A stretch of DNA of 64,000 nt from the sequence record NC_070958.1; one strand, given 5' to 3'. This document shows, piece after piece, positions 55,971-63,512 of the stretch; positions within the stretch are counted from its first letter, which is position 1; each line of letters starts with the position of its first letter. The notes beneath the pieces were generated by a model. That model was not told where the DNA came from. It saw only the letters and a list, made by a program, of their open reading frames with translations, and did no database searches. Both the position numbers and the translations under genes were made by a program.

Positions 55971-55989
55971 AATCTAAGAGGAAAGTAAG

Positions 55990-56904
55990 ATGTCCTGTAA
56001 ACTGCTGAGTATTAATGTTCACCCGACCTTGTCCATGGTTATCACTGAGGATAAAAGTTCTCATTTGCGTTTCCTTGGTCACACCAGTGAAAAGATGGCG
56101 CTGACAACCACACCCATCAAGTTGGCTGGGGAGTTGATCGAAATCACTGATTTGTGGCGGGCGAGTGAATCAACATCCGGGATCGCGACCACACGCTTTA
56201 AGGTGATCAAGTCCTGCCTGGTCTATTACCCATTTGGCGGTAACGCAATAACGCTGATGAAAGCCGAGAACCGCGAAGAAGGTATTCGGAAATTGGAACG
56301 GCTCATCCAAATATTCAAGCAATTCACCGACTACATTGCTGACGTTATTGACTTCGAAACAGCGACTAAACAGTTGCGTGAATTAGAAGATAAAACGATG
56401 GATGGATTGGTCTTCATCTATGGTGGTAAAACTTCGCAAGGTGGTAAACGTTTCTTCGAGAAGACCGAGTTCTTGGTCGGACGGTTGGTTGTAAGAACCA
56501 CTTCTTTGGTTACCACTGAACTGGGTGAACGTAAAGAAGTTCCCGTTGGACTCCAACTGGTTTTCACTGGGACAACAGGTAGCGCTATATTTGCTGTCCT
56601 GGACAACCCTATCAACAATGACAAGTACGAGGCGATCATGAGGATGACCAAACCTCATCCCGATTGCGTTCCTCGTATTTTTCATACTGCTGGATCTACT
56701 GCACACGTTAGTAGTGGACACGGTCAGAATTTACCTGACGGATTCCCCGTCGGGATTACGTTCACCTATGTATCACCGGTGACCGCTAGACAACTCACTC
56801 TCTATCGGGATGCCGATGGAATGGTCGAGTTCTTCGAGAAGACCTATCATGATGCAATGCTTCACGGTCATCTCAACCCTATCAACAACGAAAGTAAGGA
56901 GTAA
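55990..56904 (+). CDS. Hypothetical protein
   Basis: SD GAGGA; 304 aa. Confidence 0.8.
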   Translation: MSCKLLSINVHPTLSMVITEDKSSHLRFLGHTSEKMALTTTPIKLAGELIEITDLWRASESTSGIATTRFKVIKSCLVYYPFGGNAITLMKAENREEGIRKLERLIQIFKQFTDYIADVIDFETATKQLRELEDKTMDGLVFIYGGKTSQGGKRFFEKTEFLVGRLVVRTTSLVTTELGERKEVPVGLQLVFTGTTGSAIFAVLDNPINNDKYEAIMRMTKPHPDCVPRIFHTAGSTAHVSSGHGQNLPDGFPVGITFTYVSPVTARQLTLYRDADGMVEFFEKTYHDAMLHGHLNPINNESKE

Positions 56905-56907
56905 ATA

Positions 56908-57273
56908 ATGGGCGGTGTAAACCCTCTGTTCGCAGCACTGTTGGAACTGATCGGCATCGATGTCTATGACACCGACAACTATCAAATCGGTCGCACTCGT
57001 TCCGGTAACTTCACCGACAACGGTAACAAGATCGAGTACGCAATCCGGACCATTCGTCTGGGTGGTTCACTCTGGGTCACCGGCACCCTGGGTAGTGACG
57101 TAGTTGAACTGCGTGTCGTAGAACCTGGCGTAGCTGCGTTCAGTATCGGTCTTCCCAACAAGAACGATGCTGAGACTACCAGCAAGATCGAGTTCAACAT
57201 CTCCTTCACCTGCGAAGAAGATCTCCGTACCGCCTGGCGTCGTGTTGAAGGTCTCTTCAGCTACGCCGGTTAA
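56908..57273 (+). CDS. Hypothetical beta-rich protein
   Basis: SD AAGGAG; 121 aa. Confidence 0.8.
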   Translation: MGGVNPLFAALLELIGIDVYDTDNYQIGRTRSGNFTDNGNKIEYAIRTIRLGGSLWVTGTLGSDVVELRVVEPGVAAFSIGLPNKNDAETTSKIEFNISFTCEEDLRTAWRRVEGLFSYAG

Positions 57274-57280
57274 ATCGTCA

Positions 57281-57303
57281 AGGAGGGAAATAAATTCCCT
57301 CCT
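57281..57303 (+). terminator. Hairpin, probable terminator
   Basis: AGGAGGGAA-ATAAA-TTCCCTCCT. Confidence 0.6.
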
Positions 57304-57308
57304 ATAAT

Positions 57309-57333
57309 CTTTCACACCTATATTACTTAGGTG
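57309..57333 (+). promoter_or_regulatory. Early-promoter-like motif, copy 8
   Basis: CTTT CACAC CTATATTAC TTAGGTG; contains the exact phiKZ core TATATTAC. Confidence 0.8.
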
Positions 57334-57417
57334 CTGGTACGAATAGTAAAGCTTTACGCTTCGTGCTATAACTTGTTAACCAATTGTTTCATTCCATAAC
57401 TAAGGGAAATCTGAAAA

Positions 57418-57864
57418 ATGTCCAAGAAAACTGAACTGACCTTCGCTGAAATCATGTCCGCCGGTAAAGACTCCCTGGTGAAGGGTGCTGACATCCACAA
57501 CGCGACCCACACCATCAAGTTCAAGGCCGAAGACCTGACCATGCCCAAGGGCGTGACCGCTGAGTCTCTGGACCTCCACATGAACTTCATCAATCAGTCT
57601 TCCGAGCAAGTCAGCGCCGCTGTCATGGACATCGCCCAGGACCGCTACGAAGACACCAAGCACCTGGCTTGGGATGGTGTTCTGGAAGTGACCCCCGGTC
57701 TGACCCTGACCGGCTTCGCCAACCTCCGTGAAGAAGTCGACGGCGAAGCTGTCTTCGGTTCCATGTCCAGCCTGGTCGACTACAACTACGGCACCGAGCT
57801 GACCGACTGGATCACCAGCAACCAAGAGCTGATGGCCGAGAAAGCCAAGAAGCTCTTCGAGTAA
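57418..57864 (+). CDS. Hypothetical protein, probably highly expressed and monocistronic
   Basis: Extreme C-ending codon bias; own promoter and terminator. Confidence 0.85.
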   Translation: MSKKTELTFAEIMSAGKDSLVKGADIHNATHTIKFKAEDLTMPKGVTAESLDLHMNFINQSSEQVSAAVMDIAQDRYEDTKHLAWDGVLEVTPGLTLTGFANLREEVDGEAVFGSMSSLVDYNYGTELTDWITSNQELMAEKAKKLFE

Positions 57865-57875
57865 ATGTTCGATCG

Positions 57876-57920
57876 CCCGTTCCTGGAAACAGGAACGGGT
57901 TACTTCATCTCTTTTTATTT
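57876..57920 (+). terminator. Intrinsic terminator
   Basis: CCCGTTCCTG-GAAA-CAGGAACGGG then T-rich tract. Confidence 0.8.
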
Positions 57921-58514
57921 TTGGGTTTTTGTATGAACGATCGTCCCAATGCTAAACAAGTTCTTGCGAGGCACACATCTAGAACGTTCCTTTGTGATGG
58001 TGATCGTTTAAGTTGTGTGTCCTTTATTCATCACGTAACCAAACACGTCTGGATAAAGGGTGGTGATAGTTCGACTTATTTCCATGACGCCACCAACTTG
58101 AAACTTTTCCTGGGTGGAAAGATCATCAAGCTTCATAGCTGTGATCTGGGTAGTGTTCACTACGGCCTGGTTGATTTCGTTCGTAAACTGGACGTGATTA
58201 TAAAAGCTGTCAGTAACACACTCGACTTCCTTGGCAAGAATCCCAAGTACGGTGACCGTTTCGTAGTGAAGGAATTCCTTAACCCGGTGGATGGTAACTT
58301 GGTGGACATCTATACCAGTTCCATAGCTATTACATTTAGCTCCACTCACGGGTTGACGTTTGAACTCGCGTCATGTGACTTTAAGAGCCGTATCACCCTA
58401 CAACGCAAATCCGGTCCCAAGTTCCTGAGGAAGTTTCTTGATTTCGTCACCAAATGCCGAAATGAAGTTCAGAGTACTCTGGACAAGCACACTGGTACAT
58501 TACAGGAGAGTTAA
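57921..58514 (+). CDS. Hypothetical protein (start uncertain: TTG 57921 or ATG 57933)
   Basis: 197-aa ORF; no clear SD. Confidence 0.65.
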   Translation: MGFCMNDRPNAKQVLARHTSRTFLCDGDRLSCVSFIHHVTKHVWIKGGDSSTYFHDATNLKLFLGGKIIKLHSCDLGSVHYGLVDFVRKLDVIIKAVSNTLDFLGKNPKYGDRFVVKEFLNPVDGNLVDIYTSSIAITFSSTHGLTFELASCDFKSRITLQRKSGPKFLRKFLDFVTKCRNEVQSTLDKHTGTLQES

Positions 58515-58516
58515 AA

Positions 58517-59053
58517 ATGCACCCTAATGCAGAACGTGTTATGAACGGGGCTTTTGATGAAATCATTTTTTATGATAAGATCGAAGGTCCGCGAATTTAC
58601 ATGGATTGGGACTTCGGTCAGAATCCCATCACTGTAAGCGGAAAAGAAAGTGACATGAAGATCCCTAGGCTTGAGCGGCTGGCAAAGATTCTGGAGTGGG
58701 AGGATAAAACCTCTTGGGTCCTGACATTTACCAATGGTGAATGGCCGAGCTGTTCCATCGAGTCTGTTGACCGTCGTGTCACCAAAGATCCTGACTGGGA
58801 GCTTCCCTTTGACACTGTGGAAGAATGTCTTCTGCACATCCACGATCACATGGGTGAGAAAGGGTTGGTCTATCGTTCCAAGCAAGAAATGCCGCTCGAT
58901 TTGACCAGTGTTGTCAAGCCGTGGGATCTCAGTAAGGAAACCTACACCAACGAGGAAGTTCGCATTCTCATGGAAATGATGAAGGCGGAATTCGTTGAGA
59001 CAACCAACCAACTTTTCGATCGTATGCTGGGTCGTCTGGCAATAAAGGAATAA
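58517..59053 (+). CDS. Hypothetical protein
   Basis: SD AGGAG; 178 aa. Confidence 0.8.
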   Translation: MHPNAERVMNGAFDEIIFYDKIEGPRIYMDWDFGQNPITVSGKESDMKIPRLERLAKILEWEDKTSWVLTFTNGEWPSCSIESVDRRVTKDPDWELPFDTVEECLLHIHDHMGEKGLVYRSKQEMPLDLTSVVKPWDLSKETYTNEEVRILMEMMKAEFVETTNQLFDRMLGRLAIKE

Positions 59054-59064
59054 GGAGTATAAAA

Positions 59065-59613
59065 ATGAAAAAGCTGGGTGTGTTTATTGTACTACTCTTT
59101 GCATCGATGTTTGCCATGGCCGGTGGTACTACGAAGGCCAATCTGGACCTCGGTAGCATGGGCTGGGTAGTCGACAAACGTACCGAAGACGGCAAAGCGT
59201 ACATGATTCGTAATAAAGGGAACAACGGTGGAGTCATTCGACTCGGCTGTAATGTCCCTGGCGGGGATGTTTCCGTCAAGTACATCTATCGGGGACTCAA
59301 TAAAGACTTTTTCATTATTGAGCTTCTCACTGATGCCAGACTGGATTCCTATCCCTATACGGCCATGTATGGAGTTAAGTCATTGAACCAAGCAGCGATG
59401 TACAAGCAGTTCGCTATGACCGATGCTGGTTTCATGATGACTCGTTTTGCCGAAGGTGCGGCTGAGCGATTCTTTAAGAGTCGCAAAGATCGTGAGGTTT
59501 ACGGACTCCCCCGTCCCATTGGTACGGAGCTGTTCGTTGGTCACGAGCAAGTAGCTGATTATATCAATGATGTTAAAGCCACTTGCGGTTTCACTGAGGA
59601 ACCTCTTCACTGA
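59065..59613 (+). CDS. Exported two-Cys family protein 1
   Basis: Signal peptide MKKLGVFIVLLFASMFAMA; only Cys62 and Cys174. Confidence 0.8.
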   Translation: MKKLGVFIVLLFASMFAMAGGTTKANLDLGSMGWVVDKRTEDGKAYMIRNKGNNGGVIRLGCNVPGGDVSVKYIYRGLNKDFFIIELLTDARLDSYPYTAMYGVKSLNQAAMYKQFAMTDAGFMMTRFAEGAAERFFKSRKDREVYGLPRPIGTELFVGHEQVADYINDVKATCGFTEEPLH

Positions 59614-59646
59614 GGAACCTTTTCTATTAACTTAGGAAACCGGTAA

Positions 59647-60141
59647 ATGTCCTGTGTAAATATTGAAAGACTTGAAGAGGTCGGATACGTCATAGAACGT
59701 AGGTCGGATAGACTGGACCAATTCATTTTAAGATCAAGGGAGCCGGGTGATCGCCCTGGGGTATTTGCGAGTGATGGTATCGAAGACAATCCTCGCTGGA
59801 CTTCTGGTGGACGTATGTCATTCACAGTGGCATGTGACGTTTCTGCAAAGAAGTACATCATCTCACTGTTCATCTTTGGACGGTCGGATGAACTACCCCC
59901 TACGTATTTCCTGTTGGACGTTGAACCGACATCTCTTTGGCTGGCTGTTGAAACAGTCTTAGAGACTCAACCTCTGACTCCGGTTGACGAAATGATTGAA
60001 GCTCGAGACGACATCATTTCTGACGGAAAGGTTTATACTACCGACCAGGTGGTCACCCTGATAAAGTTAGTCCGCGGAGATCTCAACTCTCCTGAGGGTG
60101 ATAAGCACATCGCGATGCTGCTCAAGAGTGTGCAGCCATAA
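59647..60141 (+). CDS. Hypothetical protein
   Basis: SD AGGA; contains FTVACD resembling the first-Cys strand of the exported family; no signal peptide. Confidence 0.7.
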   Translation: MSCVNIERLEEVGYVIERRSDRLDQFILRSREPGDRPGVFASDGIEDNPRWTSGGRMSFTVACDVSAKKYIISLFIFGRSDELPPTYFLLDVEPTSLWLAVETVLETQPLTPVDEMIEARDDIISDGKVYTTDQVVTLIKLVRGDLNSPEGDKHIAMLLKSVQP

Positions 60142-60149
60142 TAAATAAG

Positions 60150-60181
60150 CTCCTAGGAACGCTTGTGGGCGTTCCTAGGAG
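60150..60181 (+). terminator. Hairpin, probable terminator
   Basis: CTCCTAGGAACGC-TTGTGG-GCGTTCCTAGGAG, 13 bp. Confidence 0.7.
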
Positions 60182-60253
60182 TATATGTGTGTCATTTAAT
60201 ACAGATGCTGTAACTATTCGTTATAGAGCGTTACAGGGCTCTAGATACATAAT

Positions 60254-60278
60254 TTTTCAGCTATACATTATTATAGTG
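60254..60278 (+). promoter_or_regulatory. Early-promoter-like motif, copy 9
   Basis: TTTT CAGCT ATACATTAT TATAGTG. Confidence 0.75.
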
Positions 60279-60312
60279 TAATGACAATCATTATTCTACT
60301 AAGGAGCACGAC

Positions 60313-60918
60313 ATGAAAACCATTATTGCTTTTGTATTGTTTATGTTCGCTGTCGGTGTAGAAGCCGCCAGCTACGATATCAAAGAGGACCCGGTCTTCA
60401 ATCTGGAAACTGCGGTCAACAATGATGTCAGTGTTAAAAAGATCTCTGGTAAAACTCACATCAAGATCCAGGGTGTGAGTGCCGAGGGTAAACACAATCA
60501 GTGGGAGTTCATCTGCACTCCTTTCAAACCTGAACTTGTCATCAAGAACAACTCGGTTAACGAGGATGGTCAGATGACGAAGGAGGGAACTGGTTTCGCC
60601 ATTCAGTTCTATATGGATGAGGAAGAAGTGGGACGTCCAATTGGCGAATGGGACAACGCGGACATTTATGTTTGGGATGATGGTCGTCAAGCTCTCGACC
60701 TCGCTCTTAACCGTTTACTTCCTATCGGCCAAGGCTGGATCGTATTTACAGTGTACGACATCGGGATGGGTAATGACAGGATTCCGGTTTCTTACAGTCA
60801 CAAGTACCCGGTCGGTGTTGCACAAGACATCGTGCGGAAACTGGTTAAAGCGGACGCTCTGGTTGATTGCAACTCTGCATTGATTCAAACTGGCGCTACC
60901 ATCAAGTTCACTAACTAA
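60313..60918 (+). CDS. Exported two-Cys family protein 2
   Basis: Signal peptide MKTIIAFVLFMFAVGVEA; only Cys68 and Cys186. Confidence 0.8.
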   Translation: MKTIIAFVLFMFAVGVEAASYDIKEDPVFNLETAVNNDVSVKKISGKTHIKIQGVSAEGKHNQWEFICTPFKPELVIKNNSVNEDGQMTKEGTGFAIQFYMDEEEVGRPIGEWDNADIYVWDDGRQALDLALNRLLPIGQGWIVFTVYDIGMGNDRIPVSYSHKYPVGVAQDIVRKLVKADALVDCNSALIQTGATIKFTN

Positions 60919-60929
60919 GGAAAAATACC

Positions 60930-61550
60930 ATGCGTTTTATTATTGCTTTTCTTACACTGGTTCTCTCCACTGGCTCCTATGCTTTCAGTTTCGGTAAGAA
61001 AGCTGTTCCGGTAGAGGAGAACAGCTTCGAAACATCTTGGGCTCGTGTCCTCACTCTCAAAGATCAAATCTCTATGGGATGGACTGCTCGGGACATGAGT
61101 GACCGGGAATTCGGTATTACCATGATGTGCGACAGCATCCGCTCGACCATCTGGAATTACAAGTTCCCAGGCCAACCTGGTGTAAAGGTAGACGGTCTTG
61201 CCATGTTGATGGTCCGTGACGTCGGAAACGATTTGTCGAAGATCGACCTGGAGACAGAAAGCCGGAACTACATGGTGATCTTTGATAGCAACTATGCAAT
61301 CGACGGTTCTGCGAATCTGGAAGTGCTGGTGAAAGACTCCAAGCGCATCGATGTGATTCCTGAACACATCAAGTTCCTGTGGGTTGGTTATAAAGCTAAC
61401 CATACTGGTACCTGGATTGTTGCATCTGGACCCAAGATGTCCGCTGAAGGTATGTTCGGTCGTATGCAGTCTTACGCCGACTTCCCTCGTAGTCAATTGG
61501 ACACTTGCAGTCGTTCCATGGAGGAACCTTCTTATAAGGTAGCCAACTAA
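60930..61550 (+). CDS. Exported two-Cys family protein 3
   Basis: Signal peptide MRFIIAFLTLVLSTGSYA; only Cys67 and Cys193. Confidence 0.8.
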   Translation: MRFIIAFLTLVLSTGSYAFSFGKKAVPVEENSFETSWARVLTLKDQISMGWTARDMSDREFGITMMCDSIRSTIWNYKFPGQPGVKVDGLAMLMVRDVGNDLSKIDLETESRNYMVIFDSNYAIDGSANLEVLVKDSKRIDVIPEHIKFLWVGYKANHTGTWIVASGPKMSAEGMFGRMQSYADFPRSQLDTCSRSMEEPSYKVAN

Positions 61551-61552
61551 GA

Positions 61553-61583
61553 AAAGCCCCGTGTTCACGGACACGGGGTCTTT
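61553..61583 (+). terminator. Hairpin, probable terminator
   Basis: CCCCGTGT-TCACGG-ACACGGGG then TCTTT. Confidence 0.65.
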
Positions 61584-61595
61584 AAGGAGTTATCC

Positions 61596-61730
61596 ATGAA
61601 TAACAAAACTGTTGTATTTCTTTTAATAATAGGACTGGCCATAATCTGGTTAGGTAGTGAACACGTTGAACTGGAAGAAGCTGTCGATAACCTCACAGAA
61701 GTTATCGGTCAGTGTGTCAATCAAGAGTAA
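61596..61730 (+). CDS. 44-aa single-TM protein (not in ORF track)
   Basis: MNNKTVVFFLIIGLAIIWLGSEHVELEEAVDNLTEVIGQCVNQE*; SD AAGGAG. Confidence 0.7.
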   Translation: MNNKTVVFLLIIGLAIIWLGSEHVELEEAVDNLTEVIGQCVNQE

Positions 61731-61760
61731 TCTCTCGTCTTTCTTAATGGAGTTCTGTAA

Positions 61761-62459
61761 ATGTTTAAGTCACTTGCTCGTCAAACTGCTGTTATCGCTT
61801 TATTTGTTGGTGTTCTATTTGGCGGCATTGGTTACAAGTTAGCCGACTACCGTACTCACGAAGTTAAGAGTGATGCCATTGTCACTCATGAAGTAATGCC
61901 TGAGTGGAAACTTTTACAGCTCCGGGAGATCTCTAAAGAAAGCAGGGGTGATGCTATCGCTCCCGTCGATCAGCAAGAACTCATTATGAACTATGCTGAA
62001 GTCCAAGACCATGCTGCGTTCTACGAGTTCATCGCTAAGGGTTCCGATGACCGAGTGGTTCTTTACTGTGACGCTCACACCAACTCTGTCAACATCGGTT
62101 ACCAGTTTGGTTTGGTAGATGAGGAACTGTCCGAACGGCTTGATGGATTCTCTATCAAGGTTCTCCGTCCAGGCAGTACTGGTTACTTTATCTTTGATGA
62201 AATGCGTCCTGCGCTCTATGACACTCATCAAGAAAGCACCTATCTCAATGCAGGAATGAAAGCGTTGGCTGATGAAGATCCCGAAGCTCTGGTGGTCTTT
62301 ACTCTTCGTTATAGCGGTACGGAAGAGGAGTCTCTGGTAGCAGGTGTATCGCCAGCCTTTAAGGTTCGGGATGTACTTGCAGCCTGGAATGCAGTTCCTA
62401 CATCAGCGTGTGAATTCGTCAACCTCACTGATTACCCTTCTTCGTTTGAACAGAAATAA
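61761..62459 (+). CDS. Membrane-anchored/exported two-Cys family protein 4
   Basis: N-terminal TM AVIALFVGVLFGGIG; only Cys103 and Cys217. Confidence 0.75.
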   Translation: MFKSLARQTAVIALFVGVLFGGIGYKLADYRTHEVKSDAIVTHEVMPEWKLLQLREISKESRGDAIAPVDQQELIMNYAEVQDHAAFYEFIAKGSDDRVVLYCDAHTNSVNIGYQFGLVDEELSERLDGFSIKVLRPGSTGYFIFDEMRPALYDTHQESTYLNAGMKALADEDPEALVVFTLRYSGTEEESLVAGVSPAFKVRDVLAAWNAVPTSACEFVNLTDYPSSFEQK

Positions 62460-62464
62460 AAATA

Positions 62465-62500
62465 ACTCTCTAGCCTTAACGGGCTAGAGGGTTCTTCATT
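62465..62500 (+). terminator. Intrinsic terminator
   Basis: ACTCTCTAGCC-TTAACG-GGCTAGAGGGT then TCTTCATT. Confidence 0.7.
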
Positions 62501-62526
62501 CTATATTTGTTTTTGACATACATTCC

Positions 62527-62551
62527 ATCTCAGATAGATATTACCTAAGTG
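62527..62551 (+). promoter_or_regulatory. Early-promoter-like motif, copy 10
   Basis: ATCT CAGAT AGATATTAC CTAAGTG. Confidence 0.75.
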
Positions 62552-62587
62552 ATAGATAACCAATATCTTTATTCACACTTAGGAGAG

Positions 62588-62776
62588 ATGACGATGTTCG
62601 CTATCAAAAACATTACTGTTCTGTTCACCGTTGTTATCTCCCTGGTGGGGATTAACCATTTGACAGTTAACAACCACATGAAACTCCATGATGGTGTCCG
62701 ACCTGTTGTTCAGTACGATCACGCAAATCGTATACTGGATGTTAGCAATCTCGAAGTAAAACCAAATACCTTTTAA
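62588..62776 (+). CDS. Small N-terminal TM protein (start moved to ATG 62588)
   Basis: SD AGGAG; hydrophobic ITVLFTVVISLVGI. Confidence 0.65.
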   Translation: MTMFAIKNITVLFTVVISLVGINHLTVNNHMKLHDGVRPVVQYDHANRILDVSNLEVKPNTF

Positions 62777-62786
62777 GGGGAAATAA

Positions 62787-63509
62787 ATGAAAAACCAACC
62801 TAATGGCGAACTCAGCGTTCAGGTAGATTACATCCGTAAATTCATGTTTCTGTTTCAGGAGCATGATGTACCTATGAGCTTGATCCGTGCTTGTGTTAAG
62901 TCCATTGCACAGAACGATCTGGCTCACAACCTTGGACATGTTCATGGTGTTTGTGAACTGGCCAGTCAGATGGCCGAGTGCCGCGTCAATAAGGATGACC
63001 AATTGAAGGTTATGCTGGCAGCACTGTTCCACGATCTGGGTTGTCGTTATAACCGGGATGATCATCATCTCATCAGCTACGGTCTCACCTATCAGTATCT
63101 GGCTGAGTACTGGCCTGAGCGTTTCACTCCTGATGAAATCAAGGAGATCGCTGTGGCTGTGCTGGAACACCGTAGTTCCAGTAAGGGTAAACCGACCAGT
63201 CTGATTTCTGAGATCGTTTCGGTAGCGGACAGTGGCAAACCTAACATCGAGATCTATATCAAGCGGGCGTTGCAATTCCGCATCTCTCGTGGTGATCTCG
63301 AAAACAAGGGTAAAGATGTACTGTTCGATGAAGTATATCATCACCTCCTGGAGAAGTTCGAGAGCAATACCGGGTACCACTGGAACAGCTACCCTGATAT
63401 AGGACTCATGCACTTCAAAGAAGAATGGGATGAATTCCAGGTTCTTCTTCACCCGACTCTTGTAAGTCACGCTATGAGAACCATAAGCGAGATTTACAAC
63501 AAGCTGTAA
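62787..63509 (+). CDS. HD-domain phosphohydrolase
   Basis: HNLGHV, ALFHDLG, DHH, LEHR, SVADS metal-binding pattern. Confidence 0.85.
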   Translation: MKNQPNGELSVQVDYIRKFMFLFQEHDVPMSLIRACVKSIAQNDLAHNLGHVHGVCELASQMAECRVNKDDQLKVMLAALFHDLGCRYNRDDHHLISYGLTYQYLAEYWPERFTPDEIKEIAVAVLEHRSSSKGKPTSLISEIVSVADSGKPNIEIYIKRALQFRISRGDLENKGKDVLFDEVYHHLLEKFESNTGYHWNSYPDIGLMHFKEEWDEFQVLLHPTLVSHAMRTISEIYNKL

Positions 63510-63512
63510 TAG

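Noticed and set aside
60208-60245. Alternative hairpins CTGTAAC/GTTACAG versus TAGAGC/GCTCTA upstream of promoter copy 9
   Set aside because: Short stems upstream of the predicted transcription start with no second copy; probably chance
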